DNA of 64,000 nucleotides from Octopus vulgaris (taxonomy: Eukaryota). The position numbers and the translations under genes were made by a program. The notes below the pieces were generated by a model that was not told the DNA's origin, searched no databases, and saw only the letters and a program-made list of their open reading frames with translations. The DNA lies in contig OX597833.1 of the NCBI GenBank assembly GCA_951406725.2, positions 4,836,001-4,900,000 of the forward strand. Direction: 5' to 3'. This document shows, piece by piece, positions 40,256 through 54,973 of this stretch (positions are counted from its first letter, which is position 1; each line of letters opens with the position of its first letter).

Positions 40256-41576
40256 TGATGTTGATGTTGTTGTTAACCCATGGTCAGCTCTGAACGAGGT
40301 GACCTATAATTAAAGGCAATCCAACCGTGACATCCCATTTTCCCCTACGTGCAGGAAACCCAAGCCCACGCAATCCAACGTGTCCTTCCTTTTTCTATGA
40401 CGGCAGAGTGCGAGTTGAGGGAGATTTGGTTGCTATTTCTAGCAGATTGACTATCCACGTAGTGGCTCCCACGTTGGAATGACTCCTTGGCTGGTGGTGT
40501 TGTTGGTGTTGGTGTTGGTGGTGGTGTTGGTGGTGGTGGTGTTGGTGCTGTTGGTGGTGGTGGCGTTGGTGGTGGTGGTGTTGGTGGTGGTGTTGGTGGT
40601 GGTGTTGGTGTTGGTGTTGGTGGTGGTGGTGTTGGTGTTGGTGGTGTTGGTGCTGTTGGTGGTGGTGGTGGTGGTGGTGGTGGTGGTGGTGGTGGTGGTG
40701 GTGGTGGTGTTGGTGGTGGTGGCGTTGGTGGTGCCGTGTTGTGGCTCAGTACAGTATCGGCGGTAGTATGGAGTGGTGTGTTGTACAATCGATCTTTAGC
40801 CCCAGGTAAGCTCGGATCGAGCAGTCATCGTCATACCTGATCATTTATTCGGTCCTGTCTTAATGTATCAAGGACTACACCATTCAACGTTTCCTTTTTT
40901 TTTTGTAAAAACAGATCATTCATATATGATTTGAGCGAGATGTAGCTGTTGTTTCTAGTAGGTCAAGCGGCCACATAGAAGCCTCTCCAGTGTCGGAATA
41001 CGGCGGTGGCGGTAGTGGTAGTTGTTGTGATGACATAGTATAGCACATAGTGGTTGTGCGATGTTTTAGTGGTGTTTCAGTGGTGTTTCAGTGGCATTGC
41101 AGTGTGTTGTAGAGAGATGCACTGTTGCCATGTAGTGTCGAAACTATGTCATAGTGCAGTGTAGTCCTGTTTTAGTGCAAAGTGGTGTTACCTAGAATGG
41201 AATGAGGTTGTGTAGTACGTAGCGTTGCCGTACAATACGGAGTGGTGTTGGCCTTGTGTGGAGTGGCACGGAGTGGCGTTTTGTAACATGGAGTGGTGTC
41301 CTGTTATTTTGCAGTGGTGTTCTTCCGCGTGCAGTGCTGTTCTGTAAGGTGGAGTTCTCTTCTGTTTTGTAATGTGATATTCTGTGATATCGAATGGTGT
41401 TCTGTTGTGCAATATGATATTCCGGAGCGTTGCCTGATATCTTTGCCGGGCGCGGATGGGGTTAACCCGAGTTCGATCCCATCTGTCGACCCTTCATTGC
41501 GCAGGTATTTAAGTGTGAGCCACAGATTTGCGGTTCGAGATATACCCCCACTTCCAATCAGCTGAAAACCATGCAG

Positions 41577-42365
<789 letters not shown>

Positions 42366-42736
42366 CGCAGACCCACAGCTGCACCAATATGCAGTGTTTA
42401 ACCACGAGTGGTGCAGTGTGTTTGCACATGTTGCACCTTTCTACCAACCAACGTTCTCAGATTCCTGTGGCGGCTGCAGTAGAGGCGGATAGCGAAGTGT
42501 GGTCTGTCATAATGAGACAGTCTATGTTGTAGTATCATTGCTGTTGTTATTGTTTTGGTTTAGGTCAGCCATGATCGGGATGACTTCCATCCGTGATCAC
42601 CCGGTTGATTACTGAGACGCGGTATATTGAAGCCAGGGGATAATTTGAGGGAGATTTCATTTTTATTTCTGGCGGGTCAACATGTCACGAAGAGGTCCGC
42701 CCCTACACACGTTAGTTTGTTTGATATGGTTGGGGT

Positions 42737-42767
<31 letters not shown>

Positions 42768-42899
42768 TGCGTGCGTGTGTGTAAGCGTGGCACCTTGGGC
42801 AAGTGTCAACTACTTTTGTTTCGGGCTGACCAAAGGCCTCAGTGGACTTGGTAGAGGGAAATTGAAAGAAGCCCGTAGTGTGTATATATACATATACAC

Positions 42900-42932
<33 letters not shown>

Positions 42933-42974
42933 ATAGCGACAATTTACAAAAAGCAAAAGACGAAGGCGGGTGTG

Positions 42975-43154
<180 letters not shown>

Positions 43155-44231
43155 CAAAAAAACAAAAGACGAAGGCGGGTGTGTATGTATATATATGTAT
43201 ATATATGTATGTATATATATATATATGTATATATGTATATATATATGTATATATATATATATGTATATATATATTTATTTATATTTATACACACGTGTGT
43301 GTGTGTGTGTGTCGTGCGTGTGTGTATTTGTGTGTTTGTTCCCCCACAACCTTGACAACCGGTGTTAGCGTGTTTACATGCCGGTAACTTTGCGGTTCGG
43401 CAAAAGAGTTCGATAAAATAAGTATGAGTCTTACAGTACCGGGGTCAATTCGTTTGACTAAAATTCTGCAAAGCGATGCCCCAGCATGGCCGCAGTCTAA
43501 TGACTGAAACAGTTTAATGCCCGAAAATATAAAAGACATACATACATACACATACATGCATATACACACATACATGCACATGCGTACATACCTACATACG
43601 TGTATGAATACATATACAGATACACACATTCATGCATACAAACACATACACATATACATGTATAAATACATACATACACACATACACATACCAACATACA
43701 CGCATGCATACACGCATACATTCACACATACGTACACACATACATACACACATGCACAAACAAACATACATACATACACGCATACGTACATACATACACA
43801 CCTGCACACACATACACATATACATGCATACATTCACACATACATACACACATACGTACATACATACATACACAGATACATACACACCTGCACACACATA
43901 CACACATACACACATACATGCATACATGCACGCATACGCACATACATACACAGATACATACACACATGCACACACATACACACATACATGCATACATACA
44001 CGCATACAAACACACATGTGTACACACATACATACACATTCATATACATACATATACACATACACATACACACACATACGTACAAATCTGAGAAACCTCC
44101 TTAAGATTCAGAGGCTGATAACCAAAACAAGACATCTTTCCTCACAATCTTCTTACGAAATACAAAACCGGTCAGAGTTTTATTCTACATTAAAAAGAGG
44201 AAGCGAAGGACATGGAGCATCATCTCTTTCT

Positions 44232-44387
<156 letters not shown>

Positions 44388-44618
44388 AGAACGGATCACA
44401 TTATTCTGGGTATTAAGAAACTATTTTGTATATAAACGTGTAGCGTGCATGTAGATCACATGTAGATAGTTGAGACATGTGTGAATGTGGGTCTATTTAT
44501 CTATTTATGTGTGTAATGAAGTTTGGGATAGGGAGGGCTGACATGCTTGTTGTGCACGAATGGATGTCGCATATTTATATATACAAATGCACTTGTATAT
44601 ACATATACGTACCTATAC

Positions 44619-44668
<50 letters not shown>

Positions 44669-44832
44669 TTCGAAACGTAGAGTAGATGATTAGCGACTGA
44701 AGAAGGGATTTTCGTTGTGCTTTTTTCCTGTTACTTGGTTTGGTGTGTTGTGTGTGTTCGACGTCTTTTTGGTGTCCTGTACACATGTGCGTGTATATGT
44801 GTGTTTATATATATGCATATGTTCTATTTATT

Positions 44833-44897
<65 letters not shown>

Positions 44898-45198
44898 GTG
44901 TGTGTGTGTGTGTGTGTGTCTGTGTCTGTGTTTGTCCCCTTAGCATTGCTTGACAATCGATGCTGGCGTGTTTACGTCCCCGTCACTTAGCGGTTCGGCA
45001 AAAGAGACCGATAGAATAAGTACTGGGCTTACAAAGAATAAAGGCGGTGCTCCAGCATGGCCGCAGCCAAATGACTGAAACAAGTAAAAGAGTAAAAGAG
45101 TAAAGAGTATATATATATATATATATATATGTATACATATATATATATGTATACATATATATATATATGTATATGTATGTGCATATATGTATATAAAT

Positions 45199-45232
<34 letters not shown>

Positions 45233-45409
45233 ATATACATGTATATATATATGTATATATATATGAATGTAGGCGCAGGAGTGGTTGTGTGGTAGGTAGC
45301 TTGTTTACCAACCACTGCGTGGCACCTTGGGCAAGTGTCTTCTTCTATAGCCTCGGACCGACCAAAAGCCTGTGGGTGGATTTGGTAAACCGAAACTGAA
45401 AGTAGCCCG

Positions 45410-45880
45410 CCTTTCTGCAACACCGTACGCATTGTGTGTCTTGTTAGTCCACTTTCACGAGCTGCTTGACCTGTTGAATTTTGCCGGCTGTGATTAAACA
45501 TTTCCCGCATGATGCCACGTTCTCCGCTGATCGGGATGTGGTTGGACAGCCACTTCATCTTGCATCGTTCACGGAGCCAGTGGTCATCAGCTTTGCATGA
45601 CAAATTTTTATTGTCTCCGGACGTAGCGTTGCATAATTACCTTTCCATGTCCGAACCAAATCAATGGAATTCCGCATTTCATAACGTGCTGTTATCTTAC
45701 CTCGTTCCCGAACAGTTAAGCGTCCGGCCATCTGGAAAATAAGAACCAAGAAATAAGACAATAAGAAAATAAGAAATTCCGATTCGTGTTGTCTTCAAAA
45801 AATGTTTTCGTTTTGTCTTTAGTGATACTAAAAATTCTATAAGCAATTTCTAATGCCAACTTACTTTCCACCCACCCTGT
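45410..45880 (-). mobile_element. Tc1/mariner-like transposon 5' fragment
   Basis: CAGGGTG-type terminus near 45879 and degenerate transposase peptide ...[23 protein letters not shown]. Confidence 0.55.
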
Positions 45881-45887
45881 GTGCGTG

Positions 45888-45920
45888 TATATATATATTA
45901 AAGGAATTATTCTATAGTGC

Positions 45921-45953
<33 letters not shown>

Positions 45954-46294
45954 CTAAAGGAAAAAATCTACAGTCAGAGAGTAAATTTTAATACTATCAT
46001 GTTCTTAACAATCAAATCAATCTCTCTGTCTGTATACCTACCCTCTTTATAATGTTGGCAAACGAAATGGAAATAAGTATGTTTATTGTCCGTTTGATGG
46101 AAGACTTCTATAAATGGCTGAAGATTGCTCAACATTTTAAAACTTATCTAATACTTGCAATGTTTAACAAAATGAAGTAGCATGAAACGATCGTACCAAA
46201 TTACCGAAGATATACTTGTTGCTTATTTTGATTATAATCACCCTATGGATTTATATGGATAATACCATATAAAATTCTGGTGCCTCTAACTTAA

Positions 46295-46343
<49 letters not shown>

Positions 46344-46904
46344 TTAATCCAAACGTAAAACACAACAACGTGAGGACGTGGAACAAGTATAGTATTATTG
46401 GACGCTCAGGAAAGAAGGAAAGAAGGAGGGTTTAACGTTTCGAGCGGAGCTCTTCGTCGGAAACATAGGAGAAGGAAAGATCCAGAGAAGGGAAGACAGC
46501 GGAAAAAAAAATCGCCAACGGTACACATGCGATATATTTATATACACACAAATGAATATGGTACTTAAGTTAGAGGCACCAGAATTTTGTATGGTATTAT
46601 CCATATAAATCCATGGAGTGATTATAATCAAAATAAGCAACAAGTATATCTTTGGTAATTTGGTACGATCTTTTCATGCTACTTCATTTTGTTAAACATT
46701 GTAAGTATTAGATAAGTTTTAAAATGTCGAGCAATCTTCACCCATTTATAGAAGTCTTCCATCAAACGGACAATAGATATACTTATTTCCATTTCGTTTG
46801 CCAACGTCATAAAGAGGGTAGATATACAGACAGAGAGGTTGATTTGATTGTTAAGAACATGATAGTATTAAAATTTACCTTCTGACTATAAATTTTTTCC
46901 TTTA

Positions 46905-46950
<46 letters not shown>

Positions 46951-46987
46951 GCACTATAGATTATTTCCTTTAGTATATATATATATA
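45888..46987. repeat. ~410-bp inverted repeat (45888-46297 / 46562-46987)
   Basis: Arms are reverse-complementary with scattered substitutions. The spacer holds (TA)n and a minimal hammerhead at 46430-46464(-). Confidence 0.9.
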
Positions 46988-47210
46988 CAAGATAAGAAAA
47001 TGGAGAAATACATCTAAATCAAATATCAATTATCAGATAATACTCAATCACATACTTTATTAAACCACCACATAAGAGACTGTAGGGTTAAACATAAAAA
47101 AGCAGAACAAATCAGTGTACATAAAGGAATGTACATAAAAAAGTGTACATAAAAGAGTAATGTTGTATACAACCCCTATCTCAATTTGTATATATATATA
47201 TATAGATATG

Positions 47211-47254
<44 letters not shown>

Positions 47255-48504
47255 ATGTATCGTTGTATAAGACGATCGGATGTGTAAGAGAAGGCTCAGA
47301 ATTTCCGTTCAATACTTAGAGTTGACCCAACACTAATTCAACATTCATATATAAAACTGCCTATGATTCTATATTTATCAACAATACATCCCAAAATTTC
47401 ATTTGGTTTGACGTACGGAAAATCTGTTCAGAAGACTGATACACGTGTTATTCAGTATAGTTTAAAACCGGCCGAATAAAACGGACACACTGGACCTGCT
47501 TTTTATATAATTATTATTAACGTTATCACCAGGATGATGAGGAACAGCGTTCTGCAACTTTGTTGGTGAGATTTCGTATACATACACACATGCATACGTG
47601 CATGCATGCATGCATCCATCCATACATACACACATACACATACATACATACATACATACATAACCACATAGACACAATCCCTCGCCGCCAGGGGTCGATA
47701 TTCAATCCCTTGCCGATCTCTGGTGTTGGGGCTTCTTCACTGTCTCGTCTTCTTAGGTGTTCACACAATCTGTTTGTTTATATGGCAATGCGAGACGAAG
47801 CAGAAATTTCGTGAACCGAAGTACGATGATTGCGTAAAGAGAAAATGCAGAAAATACGTAAAAAACACTGCGAGTCAATACAATAAATATATAAAAATAT
47901 AACGAAATAAATATGGAAGCCATGGGAATTCAATATGAAACGTGACAGGACACACAACAGCACAGAGTAATGGCTGTCACCATGGAGATTATAACATAAA
48001 ATGGCTTCCGGGGTTTAAATGGAGACATTTAAAAAAAATGTCGGTTTATTAGTCATACTTGTACTCTTTTACTCTTTTAATTATTTCAGTCATTAGACCG
48101 CGGCCATGCTGGAGCACAACTTTGAAGGGTTGTTTTTTTGTCAAATAAATCGCCTCCAGCACTAATTTTAAATCGTGGTTCATATTCCATTGGTCTCTTA
48201 AACCGATTCGCTAAAGTTAAATGGACGCGAACAAACCAACACCGGCTGTCAAGCGATGGAGATGGGACAAATACAAACACAAAGACATGCACGTACTAGA
48301 AACAAATACGCACACACATGTACTCATACACGGCCATGTGTTATTGCCTTCTTGATAGCCGTTCACCCAACGGTGAGCTTACTGTGACTTCTGTTTGATT
48401 CTGTGAATCCCTATTCCTGTAACACACACACACACATACACATGCATATATGCATGCATACATGCATGCATACATACATGTGTACATATACATTCATATA
48501 TATG

Positions 48505-48577
<73 letters not shown>

Positions 48578-48580
48578 TTG

Positions 48581-48688
<108 letters not shown>

Positions 48689-49430
48689 CCTACCTATACA
48701 TATATATGCAAACGCACACACACTCACATATATATATATATATATCTGAGCCTGTGTTTGTCCTCCACCACTGCTCGACAACCAGCCTCTGTGTGTTTAC
48801 ATCCCCGTAACTTGGCAGTTCAGCAAAAATGACCGATAGAATCTCTGTCGGGCTTTAAAGTGCTGAGATCGATTCGTTCAACTCAAATTCTTCAAGGCGG
48901 TGCCCCAGCATGACCGCAACCTAATGACTGGAAAAAAAGAAAAGAAAATAATTAGAATGCCGATCCCTTATTCATTCAATGTCTAATGTTAGGGAACGCA
49001 ATTTTTCATTATTTTCCGATGAATCTAGATCTTTAGCACTCCCTATGATTATAATAGGATATTACACAATGATAGATTTTCAGAAAAAAATATTCACAAT
49101 ACCACTCTTCTTACTTTAAGGAGAATCGAAATAAATCTGGAAAGATCATGTGATGTTATCCAACTTTCAGAATGAATGAAAGCATATACATGGCAAAAGA
49201 ATTTCTAAATTTCAAATTCTATTACGTGCTTTTAAAATATTGCTTGTTAGTTTAACCAATTCAAAACAAAATGACTCGCCAACAATAGCAATACAGCATC
49301 ACCTCCGACCTCTAATTGCTGGTATACGCAAAGCTGTCCACTCAATGGTAATTGCTTTTCCAAATCATTAGTTTATAATGTTATGGTGTAGACAGATAAT
49401 GAACATCGTATTCAGATCTTATATACAACT

Positions 49431-49576
<146 letters not shown>

Positions 49577-49705
49577 GCACACACACGCAATATACATATG
49601 CGTGTATATATATATGCATTCATGCATATATGTACAAATGTGTATACATATACACACTTGTATAAATGTAAATATAGGTATGTAGTTATGTATGTATGTA
49701 TGTAT

Positions 49706-49763
<58 letters not shown>

Positions 49764-49814
49764 GTATGCATGTCAATATTCATAATACATTATCTGACTG
49801 AATAGACCTTTCCT

Positions 49815-49877
<63 letters not shown>

Positions 49878-51944
49878 CATACATACACACACATACATAC
49901 ACACATACATACATACATACATACATACATACACATATGTCAAGATCTTGTAATGCATCACACACACACACATACACGCACCCAACTGTTTTTATGTCAA
50001 TTCATATTTATAAAATACTTAACAATGAATTGAAGGAGTGCTCAATACTTTTAGTAGTTTATTAAACTTTTTAGAGGGAAAAGTAAACAGTGACTTCGAA
50101 GTTTGCGAATGGCAACCTCCGACACACTTTACATAAATTATGTTTTTTTTTGTTTTGATTTAGTCATTGTTAAGTTGTTTGTTTAGGGACAGACAGAGTT
50201 ATGAAGAATAATGCTTGGGTGTAGTGTATGTAGACCGAGAAAGTAGTTGTGTAGGAAGAGGAGATGGAGGAGGGTGGAGGAAAAGTATGTATTTGTGTCA
50301 GCTGATCAAACGTTATTGTGAGGAGATTGTATTCTGTTTGATGTAGAGATTTCGTTATTGTTTAGTGTTCTATCAAGCGTGAAAGTATCTTCGTCACATC
50401 TTGGCGAATCAAATGTCGGTCACGACATTCTTTGTGAAGACGGTTGAATTCTGCTGTATTTTAGAGTTCACAAAAGAATGTTTGAACACACACATATACA
50501 CACACACACACACGCACTCACACACATTCACACAAATATAAATGTGTGTATGTATATTTGTATGTCTGCATAAATACATTCATACATATATACACACGCA
50601 CTCATATGTATGTATGCATGTATGTATGTATGTATGTATGTATGTATGAATGTATGTTTGTAGGTATGTATGTATGTATGTATGCATGTATGTATGTATG
50701 TTTGTATGTACGTACGTACGTATGTATGTATGTATGTATGTATGTATGTATGTATGTATATGGAGAACTGAAGTAAATTTAAATAGTAATAATAATGAAA
50801 TTATTGTATACAGTGCCCAAGTGCACCACAACTTGTCAAAAGTGCGTATAAAGCATATGCAGTAATGTACAAATGTCTGGAAAGTGAACAGTGTATGAGT
50901 CAGATAGATGCTTGCGTGTCTATGGAGGGGAGAAAATCAGGTGTAGTGTTGGCGAATCTCAGGAAGCATGGAAGTTTTGAAGGATGCAGTGCGCCGACAA
51001 CTAACAACTAAATATCATAAAACCACATACTGAATAAAATTAAAGTAAGAATGTAAACACATTCTTTCTATACTATTGAAATGTGGAAAAAAGGGGGAGA
51101 GAGTCTCCTCATTGGCCGTTTCACTATTTATTGATTGCTCTTCAGAGAAGACTTGCTTATCTTATTTCCTTAATAGCGGAAATCCGTTGCTTATATACTC
51201 TTTACTCTTTTCTCTTTTACTCTTTTACTTGTTTCAGTCATTTGACTGCGGCCAAGCTGGAGCACCGCCTTTAAATCGAGCAAATCGACCCCGGGACTTA
51301 TTCTTTGTAAGCCCAGTACTTATTATATCGGTCTCTTTTGCCGAACCGCTAAGTGACGGGGACGTAAACACACCAGCATCGGTTGTCAAGCAATGCTAGG
51401 GGGACAAACACACACACACAAACATATACACACACACTTATATATATATATATACGACGGGCTTCTTTCAGTTTCCGTCTACCAAATCCACTCACAAGGC
51501 ATTGGTCGGCCCGGGGCTATAGCAGAAGACACTTGCCCAAGATGCCACGCAGTGGGACTGAACCCGGAACCATGTGGTTGTTTAGCAAGCTACTTACCAC
51601 ACAGCCACTCCTGCGCCTGTTTTATGTATTATTTGAGTTTTATTTAAATCCTTCTTAAGAGACTTCAAGCCGGTCGCTAACAAAGCGACAAGACTTTTTG
51701 AGTTAAGAGAGTTCCAGGTATTTGTGAATATGTGGGTGATTTGGTGTGTTGGTTGAGCTGTCGATGTATACACCTAAGTATGTGCATCTATTCATCTAAA
51801 GAATCTCAGATGGAGAATCTTTGGAATGTCTTACAGACCTTCACTATGCCACTTATAAATTGGGTTTGAAGAATCTGCGTCAGCTTATTTTGCTCTTTCT
51901 CCTACAAACCGAATATTTGTAGGTGTGTATGTAAATTGTAGGGG

Positions 51945-51975
<31 letters not shown>

Positions 51976-52333
51976 TGTATGTATGTATGTATGTATGTAT
52001 GTATGTATGTATGTATGTATGTGTGAAATTCCGGTCCACAGAGATGATATCTTACAAATTAATCCGATCAATGCTGTGTAAATTGTATCATTCGTCGGTC
52101 ATCTTCCAAGCATGCAAAATGATCAGAAAGAATTGAATAGTCATCTGACGGAAAGTCACGGACGGAAAGCCGGAAATGCCATTGACAACGGGGAAGCTCA
52201 GAGAGACGGCATTCATTTGTGAAGAGGGAGCAATCAACATGTACATACGTGCACGCATGTGTGCATATACACTATATACATTAATCATTAGATGCATACA
52301 TACGCATGGAAACATCCTCCGTACATATATAAA

Positions 52334-52387
<54 letters not shown>

Positions 52388-52481
52388 TATACAACATGCA
52401 TACACGTGCACACACAAACCAGACACATACTACACACTACAGACGTGTACACATTTACTCGAAAGCACAAACACACGCGCA

Positions 52482-52545
<64 letters not shown>

Positions 52546-52589
52546 TTTACTTCCGCAGGAAAACACGCGCAGGAACATATCATATCCTA

Positions 52590-52629
<40 letters not shown>

Positions 52630-53684
52630 GCAAACAAACATTACAAAAAAAAAAAATGCGGCGTTTAGCAACGTGATGTCAGAACGCAGTGCATTCTGGG
52701 ATATTCGCCGTGTGTTGTACGCCATTTTGCAGGGGTTGACGAATGTGTGTGAAACAAGCGCCTTGCTAAATCAAATATTTGTCGCAGTATCAATATTATT
52801 TGTTGCAAATATATGTGCAACTCTTTGTGCAACTTTATGCAACTGTTTACAGCTGTATTCAGCTGTGTACAGTTGCATGTAGCTGTAATGGCCGCTTCAC
52901 CGTGCAAGATCCACGTCTGTAGACGTCTGTTATCCGCATTTGCAGCCGATACACACGCAAACAGCGGGCGTGTGTGTGTGTGTGTGTGTTTGTTTGTGTG
53001 TGTGTGTGTGTGCGTGTACGTAGGTGTGTATGTGTATGTGTGTGTGTTTGTGTATATCTGCGTGTGCGTATATGTGACCGTGTGTGTGTATGTATGTGTG
53101 CTTACTGTGTGTATGTGTATGTATGTGTGTGTATGCGTGTGTTTATGTATTTGTGTGTGTGCGTATGTGTTTGCTTGTGTATGTGTGTATGTGTGTATGT
53201 ATGTGTGTGTGTGTGCGTGTACGTAGGTGTGTATGTGTGTATATTTGTATATCTCTGCGTGTGCGTATGTGTGAGCGTGCGTGTGTATGTATGTGTGTGT
53301 GCGTGTGTGTATGTGTTTGTGTGTGTATGTGCGTGTGCGTATGTGTGTGTTTGTGTATGTTTGTGTGTGTATATGTTTGTGCATGTGGCGAACCCTGCTG
53401 TACACCATCACCACAACTTTCTCTCACCCTTTCTTCCTGTTTCTGTTGTACCTGTACTCCAAAGGGCCACCCTTGTCACACACTGTGTCACGCTGAATCT
53501 CCCCTAAGAACTACGTTAAGGGTATACATGTCTGTGGAGTGCTCAGTCACTTGCACGTTAATTTCACAAGCAGGCTGTTTCTTTGATCGGATCAACTGGA
53601 ACCCTCGTCGTCGCAACCGACGGAGTGCCAAGACGACGACTTTTGGATAAATATGTTTAAGTCTATGTGTGTGTGTATGGGTGT

Positions 53685-53729
<45 letters not shown>

Positions 53730-54300
53730 GGTGTGTGTGTGTATGTGTGTGTGTGTGTTTGAGATGTTAAAGTTTGTTTGGATTGGAAGTCTTATGCATG
53801 GCGACATGAGTTTAGGAAACAAAAGCTTTGTCTACTTCCTCATAAGACTAAAGCTGGGTGTCCATGTGTGTTAGTTTGTGCTTCGGGAGTGTAAATGTAC
53901 TCCAACGAATGGAGCCAAGTGTGTGTGTGTGTGCTTACGTTTGCTATAAACTGTGTGTGGATGGATATCTCTGAGCCAGAGTATGTATGTATGTATGTAT
54001 GTATGTATGTATGTATGTATGTATGTATGTATGTATGTATGTGTGTGTGTGTATGTATGTGTGTGTGTATGTATGTATGTATGTATGTGTGTGTATGTAT
54101 GTATGTGTGTATGTATGTATGTGTATGTATGTATGTAAGTATGTATGTGTGTGTGTGTATGTATGTATGTATGTATGTATGTATGTATGTATGTGTGTGT
54201 ATGTATGTATGTATGTATGTACGTAGTATATACTTCACTCTCGTCTTTCGCGTGTTCATACATATGTATATATATATTTATTTACACACACACATATATA

Positions 54301-54343
<43 letters not shown>

Positions 54344-54376
54344 TACATGTATATACATATATAAATAAATGTATTA

Positions 54377-54407
<31 letters not shown>

Positions 54408-54931
54408 AAGGAGTGGCTGTGTGGTAAGAAGCTTGGTACCCAACCACATGGCTTTGGGTTCAGTCCCACGCATGGCACCTTGGGCAAGTGCCTTCCACTA
54501 TAGTGAGAGAGAAAGAGAGAGGAAAAAGAAAGAGAGAGAGTGAGAGAGAGAGAGAAAGGAAAAAAGAACGAACGAAAAGGAGGGGGAAAGGAAGGAGAGA
54601 GACAGAGAAAGAAAGAAAGAAAGAAAGGAAGAAAGAAAGAAAGAAAGAGATAGAGATAGAGATAGAGATAGAGAAAGAGAGATGTAGAGTGGAATATGAA
54701 GATATTTTACACAGTGTTATTTCCATGGTTACAGTGAACTTAGTCAAAGATCTCGGCCGGTTACGTCATATCAATATGGTTGTTGTTGTTATTGTCTGTA
54801 GCCATGTTGTCAGCTGAGCTCCAGTGCTTGTTGCTATTAAATCCGTATCATTTAGATCTTCGAATTCTCAGATTCGACAAAGTACCAGTAAAATACTAGG
54901 GTTCATTTAATCTACTAACCTCCTTCTCTTT

Positions 54932-54973
<42 letters not shown>

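Noticed and set aside
42377-42503. Selenoprotein exon (in-frame TGA)
   Set aside because: No recognisable selenoprotein motif or SECIS; stops occur in all frames.
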